Part shown: in pieces, positions 26,387 through 40,150 of the stretch
How the letters are laid out: each line of letters starts with the position of its first letter
Position numbering within the stretch: position 1 is the stretch's first letter
NCBI RefSeq assembly: GCF_006345805.1
Contig: NC_043009.1
Coordinates: 8,618,001 to 8,682,000 of the forward strand
Direction of reading: 5' to 3'
DNA from: Octopus sinensis
Taxonomy: Eukaryota
Length of the DNA stretch: 64,000 nucleotides
Made by a program: the position numbers and the translations under genes
The notes under the pieces: generated by a model
Told to the model about the DNA's origin: nothing
The model's database searches: none
The model's input: the letters and a program-made list of their open reading frames with translations, nothing else

Positions 26387-26849
26387 ATGTATATATGTGT
26401 GTGTGTCTTTGTGTCTGTGTTTGTGCTCCCACCACCACTTGACAAATGGTGCTGGTATGTTTACATCTCCATAACTTAGTGGTTCAGTAAAAGAGCCCAA
26501 TAGAATAAGTACCAGGCTTTAAGAAACAAAAATAAGTACAGGGATCAATACATTTGACTAAAAGTTCTAGGTGTTGCCCCAGCATGGCCGCAGTCTAATG
26601 ACTGAAGCAAGTAAAAGATAAAAGATTTAAAATTATAAAGAAAGAGAAATTATTTTAACAAACCATATTCCCTGCTAATTGATATTGGTTTGCATAGCTG
26701 TGTAGTTAAGAAGCTCCCCTTGCAGCCATTTGATTTGGGTTCAATCTCACTGCCCAGTACCTTGTATTACAGCCCCAGATCAACCAGTACCTTCTTAGTA
26801 ATTTTGATAGATGGAAACTGCGTGGAAGCCTATTATATGCATCTATATG

Positions 26850-26881
<32 letters not shown>

Positions 26882-29313
26882 CATGTGTGTGCATGTCCCC
26901 CACCACCACTTGACAACCAGTGTTGCTTTGTTTACATTCCTGTAACTTAGAGTTTGTCAAAAGAACTGATAGAATGAGTACCAGAGTCAATTTGATCAAC
27001 TAATCCCTTCAAGGTGCTGCCACAGCATGGCCACAGACCAGTGGTTGAAACAAGATAAAAGAATAGTTGAAAAGGAGCAGCTACTTGATGAGCTAGAAGT
27101 AGCAGTCAAATTTCCAATCCCCTTCTTTTGCCTTTATTCTTAAACATTTATGAATAAGACAGAAACTAATAAATTAGAGACACGATGGCAATCTAGGTGT
27201 ATAATGCTCTCCATTTCATTTCACCAATGAAACGATGTCAATTGTATTATTGTTCCAGCAATAAGACTTTGAGTGAAGAAGACACATGATCTAATAGTTA
27301 GGATGTTGCACTCACAATTTTAAGATTGTGGTTTCGATTCCTTGACCAGGCAGTGTATTGTGTTCTTGAGCAAAACACTTCATTTGACATTTCTCTTGTT
27401 CATTCAGCTGTAAATGAATTCTGGCAATAGCTGGGGAGTTAATCCTCTAATGGACTGGTGTCCTATCCAGGAGGTGGGAGGGTTATAATTTCAGTCACTT
27501 ATAATGCCATGGAGAGAGGGTTAAGCTCTGGCCTTATGAGCCCCAGGACTCACGATAGACTTAATAATACTTTGAAACAAATGAAAACAGTATTCTATGG
27601 CAATTAAACTTTTAAAGAAATAAAGGAAATATTGCTCACAATTTTAAGAGTAAACACTTGCATACAGAGGGCGCTGCTGTACTCCATCTCCGAATGCAGC
27701 AGTTGATGTCTGATCAGGCAGTGAAACAGCTCTGCAAGTGTTTGGGCCCTTCCACTGTAACACTTGAGCTTCCCACCAATCTTGGTAACAAAACTCCCAC
27801 ACAATAGCATGAGGTTTGTTGAATCAGATGGTGTGATTCTGGGCCAAATAATTTTCCACCATCTTCAGTGCTTGTTCTTCCATCCATCCCTGCCCATACC
27901 ATCCATACATGCAATTTACAACAAATCAAAGTACTTATATATTATGGAATAGTAAATATATGTGTAAACCACTTTTACAAAGCAAAAACAATTATATTAC
28001 ATTCCAAGGTCACCAAAAAGTGCAAAGAATCTATAAAAAACATCCTTAAATCACATAATAATTCACACAAAATACATTTCCCATTTATATGATATTTTTA
28101 AAAGCCAACTGAATGAGTAAAAACAATTTTTAAAAAAAATTACATGATGTAAAATTCCAAACAGCTTCTAGAATTTTCCATTTGTAGTGATTCTCACTAA
28201 AAAAAAAGACTTCAGTTTTTGGAGGTTTTTCATATTTTGGTTAAAAGATTTTCACCTGTGGGTGTGTGCATGTGTGTGTGTGGGTGAGGTGGGGTGTATG
28301 TATTATATTATCATTGACATCTCTGAGTATCAAAAATTTTATTCCATTGAATTTATCTTTGTGTTCTGAGATATCTGTATAAGCATATTTTTAACTTCAA
28401 AGAATTCTGACAATTAGGATATGAGAATTGGCACATGGTTGGGTCAAAAGGTCCTTGTTGTCTGTCTGCTTCTTCCTGTGAAGTCTCTGTTTTTTCTCTG
28501 GTTACTTTCAAAGTCGTCATATCCAACCAATGTTTTTTACTTTCAAAACAAACAATCAATATTTCATCATCATCATCTTCATCATCATAACATCCACTTT
28601 TCTATGCTTGTATGGGTTGGTCAGAGTTTATTCAGCCAGATTTTCTACAGTGAAATGCTCTTCCTGTTGCAGTCTCTTGCCTCTTTCCAAGCAAGTTCAT
28701 GTTTCACCATGGCCTGATATGTTTTTGCAAAATATTGGTTTCAAATTTTTGGCACAAGGCCAACAGTTTTGGGGGATGGGATAAGTCGATTACATTGACC
28801 CCAGTGCTCAACTGGTACTTATTTTATCAACCCAGAAAGGATGGTAGTCAAAGTCAACCTCAGCGATATTTGAACTCATGTTAAAATGGATGAAATGCCT
28901 CTAAGAATTTTATCCAATTCATTTACAATTTCATATCAAGACAAGGCAACACACACACATACACACAAGTATACACACACACACACACATGACATGCTTC
29001 TTTCAGTTTCTGTCTCCCAAATCCATTCACAAGGATTCAGTCGTACCAAAATTGTTGAGGTATGTGGTTTCTGGTTCAATCCCACTTGCCCAAGGTTCTG
29101 CTCAGTGGGACTGAATTGAAAACCAAGCTTTTCAACAATTCAGCCATATCTCTATGTCATCATTTAATATCCACATTTCATGCTGACGTGGGCTGGATGA
29201 TTCAACAGGAACTGGCAAGTCCAGAAGACTTCATCAAGCTCTGCTGTCTGCTTTGGCATGGTTTTTAACATGCCTTCCTAATACCAACCACTATACAATG
29301 TTGATTGGGTGTC

Positions 29314-29350
<37 letters not shown>

Positions 29351-29355
<5 letters not shown>

Positions 29356-29715
29356 AAAATTCTATAATTATGAGCATAATTATAATTAGGGTTCAGCAGA
29401 ATTTGCTTCACCACCTACCGAAATTTAGAAATAGCAGTTGAAATACTATTCTACTACCGTAAGATATCTCCCAGACAGCAATACTCAACAACTCATGCAG
29501 GTAAAGTGAAAAAAATAACAAATCCACCCGGCTATGATTAGCTATACATGCATCTCGGGGTTAAAGAGATGTAAAAAGATGTAAAATCATATTTCTACTC
29601 ATTTATGCTCATAATTAGAGAATTTTTGTATAAGTTTACCAATAATTGTTCTTTTAACATACCAAACTACTTGGTAAAATTATTAATGTTTAATTGATTA
29701 ATTAATTTTACCTTT
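29351..29715. repeat. Unclassified ~350 bp interspersed element in (TA)n, copy 1
   Basis: Colinear with 56355-56700. Has a 29-30 bp inverted repeat between 29351-29379 and 29603-29631. Confidence 0.7.
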
Positions 29716-30067
29716 TATTATTATTGATATATATATATAAATGCAGGCATGACTGCATGGTTAACAAATTTGTTTCATAAGTATGTGGCTTCTAGTTCAA
29801 TCCCACCATGTGAGATCTTCAGCAAGTGTTTTGTATTGTAATCTCAGGCTGGCCAATGTCTTGTGAGTGAAGCTACTATATAGAAGGAGCAGAAACCTAT
29901 TGTGTGTGTGTGTGTGTTTTATTAATATTTAGCAGAAGCAGTAGAGTGACTCAAGAGCCAAGTGTTCTGTGCAACTCTCAGCCCTTGAGTCACTCTTGCT
30001 TCTGCTAAATATTAATTTAAAAAAAATATATATTTATTCTTACTTATTTTTCATCCACTTTTTTAAA

Positions 30068-30655
30068 CTCCATGGTAGTGAAACATGGGCTCTGAATGCA
30101 GAAGACGTACGTAGACTGGAGAGAAATGCAGGTAGTGTGCTCCATTGGATGTGCAACATCAGTGCACATGTACGACAAAGTGCAAACGTATTGAGAGAAA
30201 AGTTGGGCATAAGAGGAATCAAATGTAGCATGCAAGAGAGAAGACGATGTTGGTTCGGACATATGATGTGTATGAATGAGGACAGCTACATAAAGAAGTG
30301 CTGATCTCTGAAATTGGATGATATCTGTGGAAGAGGGAGTCCCAGGAAAATGTGGGATGAAGTGGTAAGGACCAGTCTCAGACTGTTGAACCTCAGGGGG
30401 AAATGGCAATGGACCAAGATGTCTGGCAGTATGAAGTTCTAGAGAAGACTTACCTGTGTTTGTGCCACATAAAAAGCACTAGGTCCACTCAGTTGAGTAT
30501 CACTCAACTGTATGGTCTTAGTGGTGTTAAGAAGGGCATCCAGCTGTAAAAATCCTGCCAAAACAGCCACAGAAGTCTGGTGCAGGCTTCTGCCTGGCTG
30601 GCTCTTGTGAAACTGTCCCACCCATGGAAGGCAGATGTTAAACAACGATGATGAT
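30068..30655 (+). mobile_element. RTE-clade LINE 3' fragment and tail
   Basis: LHGSETWALN...RRLERN...MLHWMCNI...LREKLGIRGI...ERRRCWFGHM...GRGSPRKMWDEVV, typical of the RTE ORF C-terminal region. It continues into the aagggcatccagctgta...gttaaac(gat)n tail. Confidence 0.8.
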
Positions 30656-31474
30656 GGTTTCCATGCTGGCATGGGTTAGGAAGGTTATCATGTCCTTGAT
30701 CACAGTAAAGGGACCTCTCAATGTTGTGTTATCTTCACTCAATTGTCAACCACTTCACCAGATGCATTTTTATCATGATCCTGTCACTGCTCTAGGTTGC
30801 TTTATTTTCCTTATAACTTGAGTCCTCACTATGTTGAAGTGTATCTGTTCATTCAAGTTATCGTGACCTAGAAGGTGGTTAGGGGAAAGAGAGAGAGAGA
30901 TAGAGAGAGCAATGATGGAAGAAAACCCAGAATGAGTGAGTGAAGGCTGCAAGAGTATGATGTCAGAAACAGTGATTGGGGTGATGAGAGTGGGTGGTGG
31001 TGGAGAAGAAATTTTAATGGCTATTAATAGGGATTGATAGTACTAAGAGAGAATTGTGGGTGTCTGTAATGTGTCCTTAAGCCAGACACTTCATTTCCTG
31101 TTGCTACAGTTTGCTCAGCTGGCAAAAATGAGCTGCACCTATAACTCAAGGTGCTAGTTTTGTCACATTCTGTGTCACTCTGAATCTCTCTGAGAATCCC
31201 ATTAAGGACATGTGTCTGTGGAATACTCGACCACTTGCATTTTAATTTCATGAGCAGGCAGTTCCATTGATCACACCAACTGGAACACTCATTGCCGTAA
31301 CAGACAGAGTACCATTCTTTTTAGTATTGGGGTAGGGACCCAAATAGAGATGATCTATTACTTCCCAGCCACCATCACTGCTCCCATTTTATCGTTCGTT
31401 TTCACCCATCTTGCACGGGGGGCTGGGTCTTCTCCCTCACTATGTATTGCCAGTCATTATAGTCCAATGTAAGT

Positions 31475-31732
31475 GGAGGCGCGTGGCCTAGTGGTTAGGG
31501 TGTCAGCATCATGATCATAAGATTGTAGTTTCGATTCCTGGACCAGACGACGCGTTGTGTTCTTGAGCAAAACACTTCATTTCACGTTGCTCCAGTCCAC
31601 TCAGCTGGCAAAAATGATTAACGCTGCGATGGCCTGGTGTTCCGTCCAGCTGGGGAACACATACGCCATAGAAACCGGGAAACCGGGCCCATGAGCCTGG
31701 CTAGGCTTTAAAAGGGTGCATTTATTTTTTTT
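31475..31732 (+). mobile_element. tRNA-derived SINE with a V-domain-like core
   Basis: A box TGGCCTAGTGG and B box GTTTCGATTCC, then gtgttcttgagcaaaacactt...gctccagtccactcagctg...gcgatggcctgg...gtccag. Related decayed copies lie near 2140-2390(-), 27280-27560(+) and 31080-31310(+). Confidence 0.65.
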
Positions 31733-32667
31733 ATAGTCCATGGTGATCTCCATGAGGTTCAGTATCTTTAAATCAGTCCCATGTCTTTCTGAGTCTCCCT
31801 CTTCTATAAGGTCCAACCATTTTAAGTACCCCCTGCACCTCTCTGTACAGCTGTCATATACCCTGCATCTGATTCCTCTTATATCCAGCTTTTTTTCTTT
31901 TGTTCTTTGTTTTCTCTCAACTCATTTGTACTCCATTGTTAATCTACATTAACATTTACACATTCAGCAGAGTATGCTAACTTAGTCTCTTTATTGCTTT
32001 TTACTCTTTACATTCAAGGCCTACCCATGCATGTGTGTGTGTGTGTGTGTATTAATATAATACCTTGCAATTGTACACATGTTCCAATATAATTGTATCC
32101 TTTGATGCAAGTCAAAGGATATTGACACGAGTACTAATTTCAGTCTCATACTTACTTAACCAACCTCTGTTAGTCAAATTACCTTTTGACGTATACAGAC
32201 GCTACTTCATGCACTGCTTTTCCTTCAGTATCCAGCAAATACATATATTCAATCTTATCAAAAATTTCATGTAAAGTCTAATATTATCAGCATTATTATT
32301 ATCATTATTATTATTATTATTATTATGCCATTGTATGCAGTTAGTTATTCTTATCCAAGGGGTTCTTTTTCTTTGATGATAAGGTGGTCGTTTGAAGATT
32401 CGGTTACTATATTTAACAAGGTGAGCAACTGCACCAAATATTTTTCATTGGCTCATTGGTGGTGTTGTTGTTGTTGGTGGTGAGCTGGCAGAATTGTTAG
32501 CACACTGGACAAAATACTTAATATTCTGAGTTCAAATTCTACCAAGGTCAACTTTGCCTTTCAACCTTTCAGGGTCAGTGAAATAAGTACCAGTTGAGCA
32601 CTGAGGTCAATGTAATCAACTAGCTTCCTCCCCAGAAATATCAGGCCTTGTGCCTATAGTAGAAAGG

Positions 32668-32721
<54 letters not shown>

Positions 32722-32734
32722 GCTGCTGCTGCTA

Positions 32735-33189
32735 TTTTTATTATTTTTTTTATGTTTGACTTTTGCTTTACATTTGTACAAGTTGGAAGTTCATGTTGGT
32801 GTTATGCCTAGGGTGTCATATATGTGGTTTTGTACATAGTGTTGTTCTAGAGAATGTTTAACAAACCGTAAGAAAATTGTTTGTTTTAAAACTTGAGATT
32901 ACATACAAAATATTTTGCTTAGGATATTGGCAGTTCCCATGAGCACTATCTTTTGAAATTCTGCCATTTTGGGGTTTCTTGGTATCTGAGCTAGGTAGCA
33001 ATCAGCCCCTTTTGCTATCATTCCCAGGGCACCTATGACAACAGGTATTGTTTTAGTCTTCAAGTTCCACATTTTGCTAATTTCTATTTCAAGATCTTTA
33101 TATTTGCTCAGTTTTTGGTAGGTCTTGACAGTTACGTTTATATCGATTGGGACAGTCATATCAATGAGGAGGCATGATTTTTGTCTGAA

Positions 33190-33191
<2 letters not shown>
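32735..33191 (-). mobile_element. R4/Dong-like LINE 3' fragment (restriction-like endonuclease domain)
   Basis: CLLIDMTVPIDINV...KLSKYKDLEIEISKMWNLKTKTIPVVIGALG...QKIVLMGTANIL, matching the REL endonuclease C-terminus. (TAA)n tracts lie at both ends. Confidence 0.8.
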
Positions 33192-33224
<33 letters not shown>

Positions 33225-33594
33225 GTGATGGCTTGGTAGAATCTTCAGTGTCAAATATAATGTCTCGTGTCAAACATGTCTTGGTTCTTTGCATTCTGAG
33301 TTCAAATCCTGCTGAGGTGAACTTTGTTGATAAAATAAACTATAATCATATACTAGGATCAGTGTACCTGACTAGCCCAACCTCCACCCCTGCCAAATTT
33401 TAAGCCTTGTATCTAAAAAAATTTTTTTTTGCACAAGGCCAGCAATTTTGATGGGTGGAGATGTTGATTACACCGACCCCAGTGCTCAACTGGTACTTAT
33501 TTTACTGGCCCCAAAAGGATGAAAGATAAAGTTGACCTCAGTGAACTGCTGAGCATTTTGTCTATGATAGAAAGGGCTATTATTATTATTATTA

Positions 33595-33635
<41 letters not shown>

Positions 33636-33694
33636 AAGAGTAGTGAACTTGCAGAAACAGTAGAGTACCTTCTGTTTGGTAACATCTTTACATT

Positions 33695-34058
33695 CTTTAC
33701 TCTTTTACTTGTTTCAGTCATTTGACTGCGGCCATGCTGGAGCACTGCCCTTAGTTGAGCAAGTCGACCCCAGGATTTATTCTTTAGAAGCCTTATTATT
33801 CTATCAGTCTCTTTTGCCAAACCGCTAAGTTACAGGGACATAAACACACCACCATCATATACACCCACATACATATATATATATACATATATATGGCAGG
33901 CTTCTTTCAGTTTCCGTCTACCAAATCCTGTCACAAGGCTTTGGTCACCCTCAGGCTATAGTAGAAGACACTTGCTCAAGGTGCCATGCAGTGGGAATGA
34001 ACCTAGAACCATGTGGTTGGTAAGCAAGCTACTTATCACACAGCCACTCCTGCGCCTA
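33695..34058 (-). mobile_element. SINE family A copy
   Basis: Reverse complement of the 43555-43955 copy. Confidence 0.85.
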
Positions 34059-35424
34059 TATTCAAATTCTGCTGAGAGATTAGCTTGGATTTCTCCCATT
34101 GGATGTTAATAATCATGGTAGTGGTGCTGTTGGCTGTTGTTTCTGAGTTAAGTACAAAGTGAGCAATTTTGTGGAGAGTGAGAGTTGTCAATACCATCAG
34201 CTCTAGTACTCGACAGGTACTTTATTTTATTGAACACAGGGAAGAATTAAAGGCAAAGTTGACTATCCCTTTGCTGCCTACCCACAGCCCACCCCCAGAA
34301 CTGAACTCAGAATATACAAAAGTCAAAAAAAAATACTGCAGGTTATTTTTTCCTGATACTCAAAATCTCTGGAAGCTGTTAATAGTCTTATATCCGTCAA
34401 CAGTTAGTCAATAGAAGAGTCTGGTCAGTCATACCATATATGTCAGTTTGGTGTCTGAAAACAGTTGATCAATATACAGATGATTGAAAACAATTTCTTC
34501 AATCAACAATTAATCGGATTATAGAAAATCGTAATATAAAAATGTGATTGTATGTTCCAATTTGCAGGACAGTTTTTCACCAAGCAAACTGAAATTTGAC
34601 ATAATTACACATCTTTAAGATGAGGTATGAATTGGTACACTTGTTTGAGCATCAGATAGTTTTCACATTTATTCTGACCTTCTGCACTTTGAGTTCAAGT
34701 CTTACCAGGGTCAGCTTTGTCTTTTGTCCCTTTGGGGGTCAGTAAAAATATTCCAATCCAAGGCGGTAGATTGGCAGAAGTGTAAGAATGTTGGACGCAA
34801 TGCCTTACAGTATTTGTTCAGGATCTTTACATTCTGTGTTCAAATACAACCACAGCCTATTTGTGTGGTCAATTTAACCCATTGTCCACTTTAATACTGT
34901 CAGTTGGCACCTTGAGTACTTTTAGTATTACAGGCTCTCAGGCCTGGTTTCTGATTTGAGAATACCTCCCTCCTTTCCACTAACCTCAGCTCTGAACATG
35001 TCATGGGCATTGCTTTCCTTCTTGACTAAAAGATAAAAAAAGGCTATGTAACCTTTTCTGATATTTTCTATAAATCTAGGCAAGGCTAGGTACTACTGCT
35101 AATATTTGAAAAATGGAGAATGAGCTTTAGGAAAATGGTCACATATTCATATTTTCAAATAATTTTTTTATCAAAATTTTATATCCTGTGTGTGTGTTGT
35201 GTGTCAGAGAAAGAGAGAAAGTTTATTATAGTCTGAAAACTAGTGTAGCTTATGTTAATGTCCTTTTATAGCCTTTGCCATATCTTGTTCAAAATCTCTG
35301 ATAATTGAATCAATATTTGTAAATGGTGCTAATGTTTTTACTGTAGGAAGAAATTAGCATTTCAACAAAGTTACAAAAAGAAAAAAAAGAAATTATTATC
35401 TCACATTATAGGCAAACTGCACCT

Positions 35425-35915
35425 AAATTAATGTACTCTTGCAATGATTCAATGATTTTTATTCTTTTTAAGATGCATTGCTGAATCCCTGTGTTTTTCG
35501 CACTTGTTTCGCACTCCATTCCACTGAATAATTTTTCCATCTCATTCAGAGATTATTCTCTCTTCAATGGCTCTATAATAAATTTCCAAATTGTTGGGAG
35601 AATTTTCTGAAATCCGGTTGAAGAAAGAACGAAAACAAATAATTCTGTTGAAGTGCCTTCAATAGAATAGAATTATTTGTTTTTGGTAAAATCCTGTTGC
35701 ACTCTATCAAAACAGGACTGCTGCATGTGTATGGCTGCCACAGCCAAGTGGCCTCAAAGTCGTCAACTAATGGAAGAACTTTTTTCTGGAGGCTGTAATG
35801 CTTCATCTGTTTGTGCTTCAAATACATCATTTACTTGCACTTTTGGAACAAAAGCTAAAGCCGAAAGCAAGTTAATACTTAATGAAAAGTATGCATCTGT
35901 GTCATAATGCACTTT
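35425..35915 (-). mobile_element. Decayed Mutator-like (MULE) transposase C-terminal fragment
   Basis: Read across frameshifts: LSALAFVP...LVDDFEATWL...LPKTNNS(I)EG...PTIWKFIIEPLKRE*SLNEM. This matches the ALAFVP / RTNNxxEGWH / HPxIWKF motifs of MULE transposases. Confidence 0.7.
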
Positions 35916-37420
35916 TAGACCAAAGGATTCACTCCTCTCTGTATGAGCACTATTCTAAAACAACCGGTTATTACAATAGGCCGTCCTGACAACCTTAATA
36001 AAACCTGGTTCAAATTCTAGTAACTGAATCAATATTTGAAAACAATGTTAATGTTTTTACTGTAATAAAAAACTAAACGTGCTTCTTCTTTCCTTATAAG
36101 GTAACAATTGAAATGTCAAAAGTAAGCAAAACCCATTTTTAAGTCCATGAATGGTATAGAGAACCTGCTCGCACACCCCATCTCATACTTCAACTCTTCA
36201 TCTCCAAGCATAGTGCTTCTCACCCCACCACCCACCCAAGCCTTGGGTTTCATAGTCTTGCAAGCTAAATGGGGACCTCAATTGTGCCAGTGACATAAAA
36301 AAATACACCCAGAACACACTGTAGAGCGGTTAGTGTTGACAAGGGCATCCAGCCATAGCAAGGCATTTGAGCACAGCACGGTCCTTGCACCCAGCAGATG
36401 CTGTCAAACTGTTCAAACCATATCAGCATGGAACATGGACATCAAATAATATGAAGAAGAAGATGATGATGAGGGTGTTGATGATGATGATGATGATGAC
36501 GACGATGATGATGATGAGGAGGAGGAGGAGGACGTCGTCGTCGCCGCCGCCGTCACAATTTCTCTTCTCTTCTCTGGAGTCATTCTTAACTTTTTTCGTA
36601 AATCAATGCACTTCAACATTAACTAGACGACTAGTAAAATTAAGCTCACAAGAAACTGAAATAAACTTATCATTAATGGTTTTGATGTGACATTTACTGT
36701 ATTTTACATAATTCTAGCACTTTCAAAAATATTTTATTTCTTACTTGAGTATCTTTAATGAATAATTATCAATTCACTAAATACCGTTGGTTTCTTTTTT
36801 TTCTCCTCTTTAACTTTGTACAAATTTAGCCAATTGAGGGTAGAATCAATCTCTACATTAAAAGACACACAACATACACCAGTTTATAGAAGATGAACAT
36901 CACACATGCACACGCACACACACACACCACATGTATGAGCTATAACAGCTTCTACATTTTAATTTTAAAAATTCACATTAAAAAAAATTAGTTTCATAAA
37001 ACATGAGACTATAATATTTTTAAAGAGAAATTACTACGATATTTCCAATAATTCGATTGGTTGTTGATTTTGAGCAACTGATACTTTGACTGATTGATTT
37101 TTGCTGTCACGTATTTTTAATAAATTGCATTTTGATCAACTGCCCCCATACAATGTATGATACTGTTTGCGGACAGACGTATTCTAAGGTATATAAAATA
37201 CCTTAATACCTTGTCACCTCATAAGGTGAGGTGTTTTTTTGTGCCTCAGCATATAAAAGATGTCAGTATTTACCGAAGATCAAGCTTAGTCAACATTGAC
37301 CTCTACTGACAACTTACCATACATCACAGAAGTTGAGGCTTACATTTTATATCTGGCACATGAGTCGCTACCACCACTCCACCCAAGTTGGAGGAGAGCT
37401 TCAAGGTTTTGCCAATATAT

Positions 37421-37565
37421 AAGGGGGTACCCAAAAGAAGTCGGAGTTTTGCAATATTATTTTCTTCACTTAGTTTTCCGTATTTACACTTTTATCGCTT
37501 TCAAAGTCTTCTCCATTTGAAGCAATGCTTCGGTCCAGACACATTTTCCACTGTCGGATAATTCC
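37421..37565 (-). mobile_element. Mariner 3' terminal fragment
   Basis: The minus strand encodes RQWKMCLDRSIASNGEDFE (mariner C-terminal RW..CI...GEYFE motif) and ends in a TIR-like agggggtacccaaaa next to TA. Confidence 0.65.
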
Positions 37566-40150
37566 AGGCAGAGGTATGAGGGATAGTAAGTAAGAGTGGA
37601 GGATGAGGCAGTGCAGCAAGGAACAAGAGAATAGGAAGGGATTTTAGAGTTGAAAAGGTGATAGAATGGGTTTTGTAGGGGGGGGAGTTATAGAGCTATC
37701 CAGCATTACAAGGGGCAAGTATGGACAGAAGGTGTGATGGAAAGGGACAGTATCTTGATAAAAAAGCTTAGGTTGATGAGATTTCCTGTTGTAGAATGTT
37801 GTTTGGCACCAAATCAGTCCCACTCAAGGAGACTTGCTCTGATTATGTTGTTTTATTAAGACAGTATATCTTAAACTATATTGTCCAATATTTCCTCCCA
37901 GTTTGTCCTTCTTTAACTATTTCATTACCATACTTCTAATGAAAGTCACTGTCTAGGCATTTCAATTACTTATGAGAAATAATAAAGAATTTGGAGAGAT
38001 TTAGAAAATTAACTTTTATTAATAAAGTGTCTGGAGCACAATTGAATAAAAACTTTTTTTTATTTAAGTATTGACACTTTGGAATGAGACATTTTGTGTT
38101 AGATTCAAAAGTGTTCTTGAGTAAGTTGGTGTAAAAAGGATAAAAGCAGTATGGTGTGATTTGAGGGACATTTGACTGCTATTTCTTACAGGTTGGATAA
38201 CCACATAGAAACCCCTCTCACTGATTCATGTCTCTGTTCAAGGAAGATATCCATGTATAGCTGGAGGTGTTAAGGTTGTGTGGATGAGATCTGTGCAAAG
38301 AATGTGAGGCAAGAGTGATAAGATGATGTCGTGTATTTGTAAATTGTTAGAGATGATATGAGAAAGCAGCTGAAGGGTATAAAAGAGATAATTGAGAGAA
38401 CATTCAGGTTTAGGGAGTTTGCCTTAAAACCCTTAAGCATTCAGAATACTCTGTCAGATGTCATGCTTATTCATTCACATTTTTTAAAAGTGAAACTTGC
38501 ATAATCTTGTAGCTTCAAGATTTCGATGATGTGATTGTTTAGTTTTAGAATGACATTGAAGGATAGGTGTGAGAGGCTGGATCTGGCTGATTTGAACATA
38601 GAACAGGTAGACTATTTGGGCCTGATATGACTGGTTTAAATGCTAAAGGTTAAACACCTTGTTAATATATTCTATAATGAACCAATCTAACAGGAATTGT
38701 TTATTCCAGATGAGCCCAGTGACAATTTTTCTTTTTGCAAAATTTCTGAAAAAATTCTACAAGTATGATGTATGAGTGAAGATCTCCAAACAATCTTTAA
38801 TTTAAATTACAGTTTGTTTGTTGATTTTTGTTATTCTTTTTTTTAATTAAATTTTTGTTTGTTGCTTACCAAAATTAATTGCCAGGTATTGTGTTTATGA
38901 AAATAAAAAAGTTATCATCATCATCATTTTTTACATCCAGCTTTCAATGCAAGTATGGGGTGGACAGGATTCTATGGCCAGATTGATGGTCATCCTGATG
39001 CCACCTGTTTTAATTGCCCCTTTCAACAGAGAGAGAGAGAGTGAGAGTGTAACTCTTCTAAACACCAAGATACACACACAGAATCAATAAAATGTTTCGG
39101 CATTAGCTTAAGAAGTAAATGCAAGCATAGAAGCTGCATGGTTTAGCTTGATGGGACCCAACTAATAAGGACCCTAGACAACATGGCCACATACAACAGT
39201 GGAACATCACTTGGTTGTATCAGCTGCCCCAGAGCCTTAACTAGTGACTGCTACAGCTGCTAATATGATCAGTTACTTAAGGTACTTGTGGAGGTTATAA
39301 CAACAGTCATTAAACCCAGCAGGTACTGCCCAAGGTGGGAGGTCTTCAAAGTTGAAAAGAAGCACAATTCACTGAAACACTAACTATGTCTACTTACTTT
39401 CCGCAGCCCCAGGCTGGCAGCTGAAAGTGGATCTTGTTCAACAGTTAGATTTCCCAGAGCTCTATGAACCAATTTCATTCTACCGAGATATAGTTATCTT
39501 CTCAAATTTTTCCAAACAAGTTACCATATGGGAACTGACTGTGCCCTGGGAAGAACACATGGAGGAGGCTTGTGAATGAAAGTTTGCCAATTATTAGAAG
39601 GGCTGTGCAAAAACCAGTACTTGCAAGGTAGGCTGCCAGGGTTTTGTGCAAGGCTTTGGCAGATGCAGCAAAGAGAAGGGGTATAAATTCCATCACCAAA
39701 GCTACAGAGAAGGTCGATTAGGTGGCTTTGGATAAAGAAGTCAAACTAGTGGGATGATGCAAGCAGAGATCTGATCAACCCTGGCTAGGGTCAAGTGGAC
39801 AAGGAGTTCTGGTGTAGAAAGACGCAGAACCCCTTAAGACCCCCTGGAAAAATATCAGTGATGATGCATCCCAAAGCATCTGTGAAATACATCTTGGAAC
39901 AAACTGTGAAGTGTTAGATTTTACATCAAGTCTGTTGGAGTTAATTTTGTACTTTATCTATCCTGTATCAGTAAAATCATCAGTGGTTTTGTTTCTGCTG
40001 ACTATATTTAATCTCCTCCTTCTCCTTCGCCATGAAAATACACTTACCTTTACCAGGTAAATAATTAGAAATTATTACTGCTTTTGTTATTGTTATTATT
40101 GTATACATTATTTATTGAATTTCCTCTTTTTCTCTTTTATGTATTTTCAG

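Noticed and set aside
31475-31550. tRNA-like A/B boxes
   Set aside because: This is a SINE head continuing into a SINE body; it has no intact cloverleaf, so it is not called as a tRNA gene.
39502-39699. Peptide weakly resembling a CRE-type LINE endonuclease tail
   Set aside because: The similarity is too loose to call without a profile search.
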